In this document: piece by piece, positions 30,969 to 41,526 of the stretch
Numbering within the stretch: the first letter of the stretch is position 1
Layout: the number at the start of each line of letters is the position of its first letter
DNA from: a virus
Lineage: Duplodnaviria > Caudoviricetes
Virus record (IMG/VR): IMGVR_UViG_2690315807_000002
Span: 7,479 to 71,478 of that record
Strand: one strand, 5' to 3'
DNA: 64,000 nucleotides
Made by a program: the position numbers and the translations under genes
The notes under the pieces: generated by a model
The model's database searches: none
Told to the model about the DNA's origin: nothing
Seen by the model: the letters and a program-made list of their open reading frames with translations, nothing else

Positions 30969-31355
30969 ATGTCTAGCGGCGCTAATTTTGCAAGTTACTT
31001 GGTAGGCGGTAGACTCGACCCTCCTTTTATGCCAACAAAAACAGAGCCGTACATTGAAGGGATTATGGTAGAGTCCCAAATGGCGGGCAAGGTCGAACAT
31101 AAGCTAACCATTGAAGAAGATTGCGAACTGCTCTCTATTGCAGTAGGCGTATCCAACTATGAAGCAAGGGACTACTGGAACTTGTATGTAGGGGAACGGC
31201 TAGTCTGTAAGAACATTTACACAAAGGATTTACCGGAGGGCATGTACTTGACGGCAATCATCCCGTGTAAGCAAGGGACGCAGATTCATTTTGAGTTCTT
31301 TAATGAGGGCGGCAAGCCCAAGGTCGTATGGGCAAACTACCAAACTCTCAAGTAG
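30969..31355 (+). CDS. Small tail-module protein (YLVGGRLDPP family)
   Basis: Paralog of the N-terminus of 5935-7053. Confidence 0.65.
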   Translation: MSSGANFASYLVGGRLDPPFMPTKTEPYIEGIMVESQMAGKVEHKLTIEEDCELLSIAVGVSNYEARDYWNLYVGERLVCKNIYTKDLPEGMYLTAIIPCKQGTQIHFEFFNEGGKPKVVWANYQTLK

Positions 31356-31370
31356 GAAGAAGGTGAATAA

Positions 31371-34031
31371 ATGGCAGATACTTCATATCAACCGACGCCG
31401 TGGCTCGACACGACTATCAATGAAGAGTTCCTGCTGGAAGGGCTTGCTGGAATTATGACAGCCAATGGGTGGACAAAGGTTACTGAGTTTACCAAGGTCG
31501 TCTACTCTAACAAGCTAACAAAGCCTACAATCAAGCGGTTCTATCTTCCGCTGGCTAACCCTAAAATTGATTTGCCGAAGGTACTCAACGACGATTACTA
31601 CATTTTCATTGATGGGAAGATTGCCCCAACATCCTATTATACGGCGGTCAAGAATCCAGACGAGACAACCACGTTCACGTTTGAAGCAGGTGTGTCCGGT
31701 CAGGTAGCTATTTACTACAGCACAGTCGGGTCCACGGATGCCTTCGACTTCTACGTGACCAAGCATATCATCGTCAAGAACATATCGGGAAACTTATTCG
31801 GTATGGCGATGATGGCAAAAGTCAATGAGCAGATTGGACAGACAGGGTGCAAAGTACCATTTGCAATCTACGATAAAAATGCAGATTACGGTACGCAGTT
31901 GACACCGCAGGACAGCGGCGTATTCTCATGGGCCATCCAGAAGGCAAACGAAGATGCACTCTTTGAGCGACACACGCTTTACTTTTACCAGCTTGAAAAG
32001 TGGATTGGAAATGGGAAGATGTTGGTGGGTTGGGAGAAAACTGATGAACTGAAACGGGTTTCTCTGGACGTAGAGGTGCAGACAAGCATGTGGGGGCTGG
32101 ACGATAACACGAATGCTCTTCAGTCGAGAATAACGGACGCGTTCCCTCAGATGTATCAATCTCCAATCGTTACAGCAAGGACTCGTATTCCTCAGCTTGA
32201 ACATACAGAGAAGATTGCTTTCGTGGACGTGAAGTATACGAACTGGTGGGATGATAGCAAAGTGTTCGTCAAAGGATTCATTGACGGAAAAAGTATTATG
32301 TTAATCATCTTAGCTGACACTGCTCCGATTTGGGACAGCAATGCCGTACCTGCGATTCCTCTTTACATGGGAGACTTCGACGTAAATGGCCTGACTGAGG
32401 AAGTTATTAATCGGGATATCACGTTTGACTTCTACCGGAAGACGACTAAGACCTCGACAATCATCTCAGGAAAGCCAATGGTCAATGCAGGTTCTTATGT
32501 AAAGGTTTGGCTCATGGGTGACACGGACGGCGACATGCCTGACGAAGCAGTCAAACTAACCATTGCAGGACAGGAGATTGGTCGGTTCAACACTGTGGGG
32601 GCGAAAGAACCGTCAAACAACAAGAATGATGCTCAGTTGATGGGTCAGTTTGATATCACAGGTATCGAGGGTATGTCCTCCGTAACCATTGAAGCAGAAA
32701 GTGGGGATGGGGTAAGTGGTTACACTCCGGTATCCGGTCGAATGTTCCTTGAGGTGCATATCGAGACCAATAGGAACGCTGAGGGAGCACCGTCTGCTCT
32801 GTTCTCAGGAACAGCGTACAACAAAGAGGGGGCAGACGTAGAAGCCGCACTCAAACAGTCAGCTAAGTTCGATTACGATGATGCGTCAGTTAAGCAAGAG
32901 ATTCTACTGCCTGTTATGAAGGAATACCCCCACTACCCAAGTAACGGCGTTGACTCAATCATGGTCAAACGTAACAAGTTCGGAGCAAGGTATCAGGCGC
33001 ATTACCTGTCATGGAATGTACCGTCAAACACTATGCCGCCACCCAGGGAAGATTCTGACGGACACAAGCACCCAAGAGCATGGAAGGATTACATGAATGA
33101 ACAATACAAGTACCAGTTTAGTCCTTCAAGGTATAGTGGCAAAGCCCATTCATCCCGTGCGCTCCTGGTTCATCCTGAAGATGGCACGTTCGGAACACTG
33201 CGAAACGTTATTTTAACGTCTCCCTTAACTATAATGAATGGTGACGAGTTAAAGGCTGTGAGGGATTACTGCGATGACGAGAATAGGTATGAAGTTTATT
33301 CCTACTACTTGGTCGAAGGCATCTCGCCACTGACAAAGAGACCTGCAACGCCGTTCAGACCTGCCGCACTAGGCATCCTGAAGGCGGGCTACACTCTCCC
33401 TGAGATTCCTCCTGCACCACCTGAGCCACCAGCCTTGATTCTAACCATCGACCCTGCTTACTCAAGTGTAGAAGAGGAAACACCAATCAGGTTTACTTCT
33501 ATCTACAGTAAACACTCTCCCATTACAAACTTCAAGTGGGAAGTAGCAAGCGATGTGAACAAGGGAAGCTATACGGTCGATAATGCAACATTTACGTTCA
33601 ACAATGTCGGCACGTATTCGGTCAAGCTTACGGTGTGGAATGAATTAGGTCAGAAGGCAACGGGTACGGCGACCGTATCGGTAACTGCCAAGTACGTTCC
33701 ACCACCACCTGCTCCACCACCACCCGCAAACACATTGCAGTGCGGTAAGCTGAACGACTCTGGCGGCGGTGCTTACACCGAAAAACTCCATGAGATGGGT
33801 AACACGTCTGGACGAGTGGTAATCACCTACAACATGTACGGAGTAGCTGACCGAATGGATGTTTACTATCAGAATCAGTTGCTTGCAAGCACGAACACTG
33901 AGGTATCCAATGGCGGTTCGCTTCAGTTCCAGTACAGTCCTGTGGGCGGTGTGACGCAAATTAAAGTAGTGATGAGTTCTAGTTCAGGTTCAGGTTCATC
34001 GTGGGAATACTTGGTAAACTGCCCTGTGTAA
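31371..34031 (+). CDS. Baseplate/structural protein, paralog 1, with PKD-like domain
   Basis: Shared FxPSxYSGKxH...VHPxxG motif; FNNVGTYSVKLTV (PKD-like); Pro-rich linkers. Confidence 0.7.
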   Translation: MADTSYQPTPWLDTTINEEFLLEGLAGIMTANGWTKVTEFTKVVYSNKLTKPTIKRFYLPLANPKIDLPKVLNDDYYIFIDGKIAPTSYYTAVKNPDETTTFTFEAGVSGQVAIYYSTVGSTDAFDFYVTKHIIVKNISGNLFGMAMMAKVNEQIGQTGCKVPFAIYDKNADYGTQLTPQDSGVFSWAIQKANEDALFERHTLYFYQLEKWIGNGKMLVGWEKTDELKRVSLDVEVQTSMWGLDDNTNALQSRITDAFPQMYQSPIVTARTRIPQLEHTEKIAFVDVKYTNWWDDSKVFVKGFIDGKSIMLIILADTAPIWDSNAVPAIPLYMGDFDVNGLTEEVINRDITFDFYRKTTKTSTIISGKPMVNAGSYVKVWLMGDTDGDMPDEAVKLTIAGQEIGRFNTVGAKEPSNNKNDAQLMGQFDITGIEGMSSVTIEAESGDGVSGYTPVSGRMFLEVHIETNRNAEGAPSALFSGTAYNKEGADVEAALKQSAKFDYDDASVKQEILLPVMKEYPHYPSNGVDSIMVKRNKFGARYQAHYLSWNVPSNTMPPPREDSDGHKHPRAWKDYMNEQYKYQFSPSRYSGKAHSSRALLVHPEDGTFGTLRNVILTSPLTIMNGDELKAVRDYCDDENRYEVYSYYLVEGISPLTKRPATPFRPAALGILKAGYTLPEIPPAPPEPPALILTIDPAYSSVEEETPIRFTSIYSKHSPITNFKWEVASDVNKGSYTVDNATFTFNNVGTYSVKLTVWNELGQKATGTATVSVTAKYVPPPPAPPPPANTLQCGKLNDSGGGAYTEKLHEMGNTSGRVVITYNMYGVADRMDVYYQNQLLASTNTEVSNGGSLQFQYSPVGGVTQIKVVMSSSSGSGSSWEYLVNCPV

Positions 34032-34076
34032 TAACAGGGCTTCATACAAGCAAATAAGTGAAGGGGTGTTATTTAA

Positions 34077-35552
34077 ATGCCATTTATCGACACAACGCCT
34101 GCATCTTTTATCCCAAAGGTAACGGAGCAGGATATACAACCGCGTTTGGGCGACCTGCTTGCTACTCAAGGGTGGGAGACGGTAGCAAACTTTAAGAAAG
34201 TGACATTTGATTCAGGCATAATGCGAAGCACTTATACCGGACTTGATACTACTGACATTCCGATTTACGTAGCAGAGCATTTCATCTACAAGAACACGGA
34301 GGGTAAGATGTTCGGGGTAGCTGTCCTTGGTACTTGGAATCAGAATCTAGGTGTGCTGAGAAAGTTAAACAAGTCCCCTGACACTAAAGCACCTGCTCCT
34401 GCGACACTCCAAGTATTCTCTGAATGGGCGACAAACGAGTTCCGTAAGTACCGTTCTCCACAAACCTTGTACTTTTACATGGTCGAGAACCTTGCTGGAC
34501 TGACTACAAACAACCCTGACATTACATTGCCTTGGCTAAATACCTCAGAACTCAAGAGGGCAGTGTTGGATATCGAAGTTGAAGTTTCAGGTTGGGTGGG
34601 CACAGGTGCATCAGCTACTTTTACAGTAACTAAAGCTGAAGGTAATCGGATGCAGTCTCCTATTATGCAAGCTGGTCTTCGGACAAACCTGCTGGAAAAT
34701 TACTATGATGACACTATCAACTACGCCATTCAGAATACGAACTGGTGGGCTGACTCTGAAATCTCCATTAAAGGTCACTTGAACGGAGAAAGCCTGTTCT
34801 TCATCATCCAGTGTGATAATGTACCCGCACCGGAAGGGAATCTTGTTCCAGTCATTCCTCTTTACTTCGGTAAGCTAGATGCTATTGAAGAAGGTGACGA
34901 TGCTTATGCAATGTTCACGGGTAGTGTGCCTATCGTATCTAGTACAGGTACGGCGGGGCTGACAGCAATCTCCGAATACGACTTTGATGACACCGCGAAG
35001 AAGCAACCAAACATCATGCCGCTCATGAAGTCTTATCCTAAGTTCCCTGCGAACGGTTTGGATAACATCATGGTAAGCCGTGGTAAACTAGGTGCTCGTT
35101 ATCAGGCTTACTACCTGTCGTGGAACGCCCCTGCAAATGCTATCCCTCCAATGCGTACTTCAGTGGATGGTAAGAGAGATTACCCAAGGGCTTGGAACAA
35201 CGCTGAGAATCCTCTTTACAAGTATTCCTTTAACCCATCCCGATACAGCGGTAAGGTTCACACCTCCAAGCTGTACGTAGTACATCCAGAAGAAGGGGTG
35301 AGGGGAGCACTGAAGGATACTATCGCATTGTCGGCGCTGTCCTTTAACGCTAACAAGTTGCGTGTAAAGAAGGAGCATTGCCCTGACGAGTTCGATGTAT
35401 TCCGTTACTTCTTGGTCGAAGGCGTATCGCCACTGACCAGCAAGCCAGGAACTCAGTACCGCCCAGCGGGTATCGGATTGTACTTCAACACAGTCAATGA
35501 CGAAGGAGTAGAAGTTACTTCTACGCCCCCAACCCCGCCTGTAAACCCATAA
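34077..35552 (+). CDS. Baseplate/structural protein, paralog 2
   Basis: Extensive similarity to 31371-34031 (TNWW, YQAxYLSWN, PRAW, LVEGxSPL). Confidence 0.7.
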   Translation: MPFIDTTPASFIPKVTEQDIQPRLGDLLATQGWETVANFKKVTFDSGIMRSTYTGLDTTDIPIYVAEHFIYKNTEGKMFGVAVLGTWNQNLGVLRKLNKSPDTKAPAPATLQVFSEWATNEFRKYRSPQTLYFYMVENLAGLTTNNPDITLPWLNTSELKRAVLDIEVEVSGWVGTGASATFTVTKAEGNRMQSPIMQAGLRTNLLENYYDDTINYAIQNTNWWADSEISIKGHLNGESLFFIIQCDNVPAPEGNLVPVIPLYFGKLDAIEEGDDAYAMFTGSVPIVSSTGTAGLTAISEYDFDDTAKKQPNIMPLMKSYPKFPANGLDNIMVSRGKLGARYQAYYLSWNAPANAIPPMRTSVDGKRDYPRAWNNAENPLYKYSFNPSRYSGKVHTSKLYVVHPEEGVRGALKDTIALSALSFNANKLRVKKEHCPDEFDVFRYFLVEGVSPLTSKPGTQYRPAGIGLYFNTVNDEGVEVTSTPPTPPVNP

Positions 35553-35610
35553 AAAATAAGCCCTGCCGTGTAAAATCGGCGGGGAAATTCTAAACGAGAG
35601 GTGATCTATT

Positions 35611-37431
35611 GTGAGTTGGTTTGATGGAGATTCCACGATTCAGCTATTCCCCAAAGACCTTGAAGCGCTATTTAACTCCAAGGGATGGGATACATTCATT
35701 AAGTACCGCTCTGTATCGCAGGACGGTCTCAAGTTCGCAGAAGTCCGCTTGTTCAGGTCTCTTGGCTCGGATAATCAAATGCGTAACTTCGGCATGGTTT
35801 ACGGCTACGGTAAGAAGAGTACCCCTGCATTGGGTGAGCAAGAGTTTATTTCTCAGAACTCCGTTCTTGGTGAGTTGATTAGAGATGAGACCTTGAATAC
35901 CAAGTTCCAGTACCAAGTATTCCCTGTAATCGCAGACTCGGCAATTATCTACAAGAACGGTAACGCCGTGCCTTCCACGGATTACTTACTGGATGCAATG
36001 AAGGGCGTAGTTACGTTCACTTCTGCTCCTGAACCTACAGACGCAATCACATCCAACTATTCCCCATCCCCAATTGCACCACAACCAGTGAAGCGTATGT
36101 ACTTCTTCACATTTGATGACGTGCGAGGCGAACGTATTGTACAAGGCGTAAGCGGTACTGTAGTAATCGGAGACCCTGAATCCATTTTACCTGATGGTGA
36201 CGGAACTAAGAAATTGTTCCCAATCCCTACTGTAGCAACGATTAAACCTGACACTGTTCGGGTTTATGTAAATCAGGTCGAACAAGCCGCAACTAATTAC
36301 ACAGTTGACTACACTAATAATACTGTAACGTTCATTGGAAAAGCACCGGACGCAGGGGCAGAACTTCACGCATCTTACGTTAAAATTCTGAACGCCACAG
36401 GAACACAAACCCTGAACTACGGTGATATTATGGTTAAGAACTTTGACCCTGATAAACCTACCGACCTGATGAACGCTGTGTACTCGTCCATTTACTACAT
36501 CTATCCGTCCTTGCCAACGGCTTTGTCCTTCACTCCGTTGCAGAACTTTGATAGAGGATGGCAACGCGACAGCACGATGTACTTTTGGGGGAATGTGACC
36601 AAAGACCGCATTGTAATGTTCTTCCGTCCAGACCCAACTCCGGGCGCAGAGAACACGTACTTCGCTCCATTGTACATCGGGCGGCTGACGACCCTCGGTA
36701 AAGCCCCTCGTAAGAACAACGTCATTATCTCCGGTTGCCGTGAAGCCGATGAAGTTGTTTGGAAGAAGGACATGAAGTTGGGTGCAGTTTACGTGGACTA
36801 CGGAAACAACACTTCCAACGGAAACCGTGGGGTACAGTTACAGCAGTCTATTGGTGGTACGTACTACCAACAGCATTACCTCGCATTCATTACGCACGAT
36901 AAGAGCATTGATGCGGGCGAAACCCGATTTAACCCATCGGTATATAGTGGCAAGTACCACATTTCTCCGATGTACATTGTTCACCCGAATGATGGCTTTG
37001 TAGGCAAGCTGGATGAGTGTTATGCCGTCCACCCTAAGAACATTTCTCAGTTGGATGAACTCGAAGTAGTTGAGACTTCTGACCATGAGGAATTGGGCAA
37101 GGGCAACGGAGTAAACAAAGTCTTCCACATGGCTCACTCGCCATCCCTGAAGGATGACGGTACGCCGTTCAAGCTTGAGGTTCAGGTGGATTGTGTAGAC
37201 CAAACGCTCGGCACGGACTACATGGTTGATATCGAGACGAAGACAATCAGTTTCCTTGAGGGTAAAGAACCTGCCGCTGAAGCGGAAGTTCTTGCTACTT
37301 ACGAGTACAAGCAACTGTACCGCTACACTTTGGCAGACACACCTGTTAGCCCGTTCACTCTATCTAACATGTCACCGTTTGCTCCAATTGGCCTAGGCAT
37401 CCTAAAAGAAACGCTTAAAAAGAACTCGTAA
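35611..37431 (+). CDS. Baseplate/structural protein, paralog 3, with Ig-like inserts
   Basis: FNPSVYSGKYH...VHPNDG; repeated GDGxxKxF...YxVD...VTF modules. Confidence 0.7.
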   Translation: MSWFDGDSTIQLFPKDLEALFNSKGWDTFIKYRSVSQDGLKFAEVRLFRSLGSDNQMRNFGMVYGYGKKSTPALGEQEFISQNSVLGELIRDETLNTKFQYQVFPVIADSAIIYKNGNAVPSTDYLLDAMKGVVTFTSAPEPTDAITSNYSPSPIAPQPVKRMYFFTFDDVRGERIVQGVSGTVVIGDPESILPDGDGTKKLFPIPTVATIKPDTVRVYVNQVEQAATNYTVDYTNNTVTFIGKAPDAGAELHASYVKILNATGTQTLNYGDIMVKNFDPDKPTDLMNAVYSSIYYIYPSLPTALSFTPLQNFDRGWQRDSTMYFWGNVTKDRIVMFFRPDPTPGAENTYFAPLYIGRLTTLGKAPRKNNVIISGCREADEVVWKKDMKLGAVYVDYGNNTSNGNRGVQLQQSIGGTYYQQHYLAFITHDKSIDAGETRFNPSVYSGKYHISPMYIVHPNDGFVGKLDECYAVHPKNISQLDELEVVETSDHEELGKGNGVNKVFHMAHSPSLKDDGTPFKLEVQVDCVDQTLGTDYMVDIETKTISFLEGKEPAAEAEVLATYEYKQLYRYTLADTPVSPFTLSNMSPFAPIGLGILKETLKKNS

Positions 37432-37457
37432 TCTATAGTATGGGAGGTTGGCGGTGA

Positions 37458-40400
37458 ATGATGAACGGTAAGAAATCTTACCTAATCAGCTTCACCGCCC
37501 TTTTTTCTAAAAGGGGCTATGAACTGAAAATTGGGTTTGAACAAATTATCAATGCTAACAATCAATATCACCTGACCGCTCCCGTTAACAGTACCTATAA
37601 GACATTGATTGAGGATACCATGAAGAACGCAAACAAAGCCCCTCATTCGGCTACCGGATTATTCGGGCGGCTAGGGAGTGCTGAGTACATCACTCAGTAT
37701 GACGGCTTTGAAGTAGAGACTGTAGTAGCTTCTATCGTATCGTACCTGTCAGGCATCCATAAGTATTTTAACGGCGAAACAGTCACAGACGGAACAACAG
37801 ATGGACAGCAGGATGCATGTAGTCTTGAGCAGATACTCGAAGCTGAAGGTGCGGCGGTAAGTGAAGGCAGTCGGATAGACAAATTTTCACACCTTGAAGA
37901 ACTGGCTTCCGGTGATCTTTATGACGTTAAGGTCTCCGTTGCAGAAGGTAATAGGGTTTCCATTTCCCTGTCCAACAAACAAAGTGTAATACACGCGCTC
38001 GAATCCACCGTATCCGGTATCTCACAAGACACTCAGATGGGCGGAATTAAATCCGCAGAGAACGGTGTCCGGTTGAATGCTGAAGAAGGACGGGCGGTAC
38101 TTTCCAACATCGTCCGCAGTATCTTAGATGGGGAGATGGCTTTAACCAGCGTAGCTACCCATGACCCTGACATTAGCGTGGTAGGGGAACTACAGTATAC
38201 GGAAATAGGTGAGGTTGGGTTTGACAGGGCTGTCAGTGATTCTTATCCATTGGAGTATGCAGTCCTTGTAAGTGAGGGTAGTGAGCAAGGGTATGAACTC
38301 GCAGAGATAGCAGTAAAGGGATCTTCTCTGGAAGTTTACGTGCTGATGGATACTCGACAGGAGGGTACTCTTGAGGGCAGGGAGGAAGCAAGACAGCTGG
38401 AAGTCAAGGAGGATGCTTTCGTTTCTCGGACAGAGACCGGACATCTGGATATGGTATTTGATGCTCAGACAGGAACACCTGTTTACGCTGAAAAGAGGAA
38501 TGAAGCAGAACTTACGCTTACCACGGTAGCCGACACATACGGTCGCGGTGAAGCTGAGATGAATGAACACTTACCGGCAGAGACCCTTTACAACGAACCA
38601 ACCATCTTGAATGAGTATGTGATGGTGGACACGAATAAGGACGTAGACCTTCAGCCTTTTACTGAGGTTCGTACGTACCAGAACGCCGATGCTCAGGAGT
38701 TTATTCAGACGGATACAGTTATGCAAGCAAGCCAGCAGGATGACGTAAGAGGTGAGTTGATTCAGCCTGTTTACGATGGTCAAGTGGAAAGGGTCTTGGT
38801 ACAGGGAGAGAACGTACAGGATGCCGCAATGCAGGAGAGTTTGATGTACGACACTTTAGTCAATACACAGACGGACGAGCAGACCACCGCTGTTACCTAC
38901 GAGAACGGGCACAGCATCGAATTCTTATCCAGGGCAACCTCTCAGGTGAAGGACGCTAGAATCGAATCTACTCAGTCTGTGGACACAAGTGTCTCAGCAG
39001 ATATGCAGGAGTTCCTGACCTACGATACAAGGCAGGACAGTGAACTTGAGACGTTCACTAGAGCGGAAAGTTGGGCTAACTCACTGCTCTTGATTGACCG
39101 GACGGTGACGGCTGACACAGAGCAAGAGGGCAGGCAGTCACTCGAACTGGAAAGCGGTAAGATTGAGATGGAGTATATGGCGGGCGTTGAAAGTTTAGAC
39201 CAATCATACTACTTCGATAAGCACATCACCAATTCCTCATTTTCAAGCTCAGATAGTGTCAAGGATGCCACTGAGAGCCTTCTTGTAAATGTAGAGTACA
39301 CTTCGGACACGGCTAAAGCAGGAAGCCTTACAGACGCTTCTAGCGCTATCGGAGACAACGAAGGTTACCTCAAACTGGTATCCCAAGGAAGTGCCGTACA
39401 GGAATACAATGCTGACATTGACGATTTTAGGGATGTTACGTATGTGAGCGGTGACGGAGCTATCCAGCTTATCAGTGACGCAGAAGTTTACGTGGGCGGC
39501 GACCCACTGGTTGATAGATTCATAGAAGCTACCGATAAGAGTGACAAAATGGATGCAGAAGTCGAAGAGTGGACGGAAGCTGGCATGTCGAAGCGCACAC
39601 AGGCAGAGGTAGAATCCCTTTATACGTTCGAGCAGATTCAGGGAGCGATTGCAGAATCGCCTGAAATACTGAAGGCGGTACGACTCATGGAAATTATGTA
39701 CGGCTCAAAAGCGGTAGATTTGATTGAAGCAGGGATGGAGAACATCATCCAAGATAGCATCACTCAAGGTTTCACACAAGCTGATTTCCCTGCCATTACG
39801 CAGACGGTAATCGAGGAGCTGAAACAGGCGGGGGCAGGGGTTATGGTTATTGCTTCCAATCAGGAAGAGGTGCACGTCGAACACAACAAGGGGGCAGACC
39901 AGACAGCAGAGTCTCCGACGACCGGACGGTACGTAGTAGAACCGGAGGGAACGATGCCGCAGGGAATTTCAGGTGCTTCCTTATCGGACTTCAAGCAGAC
40001 TGCAGACATTACTGAAATAAGTAGGGCAATTGCTGAAGCCAACAAGCACATCGGAGTCATTCAAGGACTGGACAAGGCAGAGCAGAAGACCTTCGGTGAA
40101 GGTGTTAAGCAGACAGGACTCACTGCGGCAGAGACCGACATTACAAGGGACAGTGTAGTTCACTTACCTGAGACGGCGTTATCTGACCCTACTGCTGAAG
40201 GTGTAGGTACAAAGCTTGAGACAGGTTTGGCGGGCATGGGATATGAAGGTGAGGTAGAAAGACCGGACACAGCCAACCAAGTAACAAGTGTAGAGGCAAT
40301 CAAGCAGGATATGGAGTCCGCCGTACACTCTGACAGCAAGCATGTAAGCTATAAACACAAGACTGAGACAGCGTTATCTAACCCTACTGCTGAAGGTGTA

Positions 40401-41516
40401 GGTACAAAGCTTGAGATAGGTTTGGCGGGCATGGGGTATGAAGGTGAGCTAGAAAGACCGGACACAGCCAACCAAGTAACAAGTGTAGAGGGTATCAAGC
40501 AGGATATGGAGTCCGCCGTACACTCTGACAGCAAGCATGTAAGCTATGAGCACAAGACTGAGACAGCGTTTAATGGTACAGGGGTGTACGGTGTGTGGCA
40601 CGGCATTAGTTTGGGCGAACAACGGACAGACAGGGATGCAGTGACCCATGAAATCGAAGGCGCTCGAATCAGTGACGGAAACTCACCTACAGCTATTCAG
40701 GAGTTGGAGGATGCTTGGCAGAGCGATGTTGCGAAGGAGACTGTTCTTTACGAAGAACACACAGCAATGTTTACGGACAAAGGGTATGAAGCAGTGGAGT
40801 CCAAGCTAGAAGGGGCTACCAACGGCAAGTCTAATGACGCATTTGTGGTGGGTTTAGAAGGAGCAACTTCCTTTATATCCGAAGAAGCTGTCGTTCATCA
40901 AGGAGAATCAGCCCAATACCATGACGGCTCGACAATGGGCGTTATTCATGAGGGTGAATCGGCTAATATTGATAATAGCAGTAAAGTTGGAACTATCTCG
41001 GAAATGGGGATGGCAACAACGACAACCAATGCTGAAGCAGTCACCCATGAGTTGGAGGGAGCGGTAAGCGGTAAGGATACGGGTGCCTTTATTCAGGCAG
41101 GAGAACTCGCTGAGCACATCTCACATCAAGACCTTGCAGTCATTGAGGATTTGGAGTCAGGGGTACGGAAGAGGTTGCAACTTGAGACTGATATCCAAGA
41201 CGACTCCAAAGTAACAAATCACCGTGAGCCTATCGAGACGCATATCAGCGAACCGGAAGAAGCCGCTAGACCTACTAAGGCCATTGAGGTGGGAATTGAA
41301 AAACCGGAGAAAGTCGACAGACCTAAGCTTGTTCTTGAGGTCGATATCGAGCAATCAGAAGGTGCAGAACGACCTAAACGTGTAATCGAGACGACAATTG
41401 AGAAATCTGAGGGCGGTATTCTCAAGACACCTGAAGAACCGAAGAAACCTCGCATCTGGCTCATTATCGGTAAGATAGCTTCTTGGAGCATCTGGAACTG
41501 GAAGAAAACAAGGTAG
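37458..41516 (+). CDS. Long acidic repetitive fibre/stalk protein
   Basis: 1352 aa, E/D-rich, roughly 13-aa periodicity, basic Trp-rich C-terminus. Confidence 0.65.
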   Translation: MMNGKKSYLISFTALFSKRGYELKIGFEQIINANNQYHLTAPVNSTYKTLIEDTMKNANKAPHSATGLFGRLGSAEYITQYDGFEVETVVASIVSYLSGIHKYFNGETVTDGTTDGQQDACSLEQILEAEGAAVSEGSRIDKFSHLEELASGDLYDVKVSVAEGNRVSISLSNKQSVIHALESTVSGISQDTQMGGIKSAENGVRLNAEEGRAVLSNIVRSILDGEMALTSVATHDPDISVVGELQYTEIGEVGFDRAVSDSYPLEYAVLVSEGSEQGYELAEIAVKGSSLEVYVLMDTRQEGTLEGREEARQLEVKEDAFVSRTETGHLDMVFDAQTGTPVYAEKRNEAELTLTTVADTYGRGEAEMNEHLPAETLYNEPTILNEYVMVDTNKDVDLQPFTEVRTYQNADAQEFIQTDTVMQASQQDDVRGELIQPVYDGQVERVLVQGENVQDAAMQESLMYDTLVNTQTDEQTTAVTYENGHSIEFLSRATSQVKDARIESTQSVDTSVSADMQEFLTYDTRQDSELETFTRAESWANSLLLIDRTVTADTEQEGRQSLELESGKIEMEYMAGVESLDQSYYFDKHITNSSFSSSDSVKDATESLLVNVEYTSDTAKAGSLTDASSAIGDNEGYLKLVSQGSAVQEYNADIDDFRDVTYVSGDGAIQLISDAEVYVGGDPLVDRFIEATDKSDKMDAEVEEWTEAGMSKRTQAEVESLYTFEQIQGAIAESPEILKAVRLMEIMYGSKAVDLIEAGMENIIQDSITQGFTQADFPAITQTVIEELKQAGAGVMVIASNQEEVHVEHNKGADQTAESPTTGRYVVEPEGTMPQGISGASLSDFKQTADITEISRAIAEANKHIGVIQGLDKAEQKTFGEGVKQTGLTAAETDITRDSVVHLPETALSDPTAEGVGTKLETGLAGMGYEGEVERPDTANQVTSVEAIKQDMESAVHSDSKHVSYKHKTETALSNPTAEGVGTKLEIGLAGMGYEGELERPDTANQVTSVEGIKQDMESAVHSDSKHVSYEHKTETAFNGTGVYGVWHGISLGEQRTDRDAVTHEIEGARISDGNSPTAIQELEDAWQSDVAKETVLYEEHTAMFTDKGYEAVESKLEGATNGKSNDAFVVGLEGATSFISEEAVVHQGESAQYHDGSTMGVIHEGESANIDNSSKVGTISEMGMATTTTNAEAVTHELEGAVSGKDTGAFIQAGELAEHISHQDLAVIEDLESGVRKRLQLETDIQDDSKVTNHREPIETHISEPEEAARPTKAIEVGIEKPEKVDRPKLVLEVDIEQSEGAERPKRVIETTIEKSEGGILKTPEEPKKPRIWLIIGKIASWSIWNWKKTR
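40170..40570 (+). repeat. 195-bp in-frame tandem duplication
   Basis: Near-identical copies start at 40170 and 40365 (65 aa each). Confidence 0.9.
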
Positions 41517-41526
41517 GTGATAATAA

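Noticed and set aside
17880-37431. Contractile system (R-tailocin, PBSX, eCIS, T6SS)
   Set aside because: No recognisable sheath, baseplate J/gp25, PAAR or AAA ATPase genes; gene order is siphophage-like
40170-40570. DGR template/variable repeat pair
   Set aside because: Adjacent in-frame tandem copies inside one gene and no reverse transcriptase in the window
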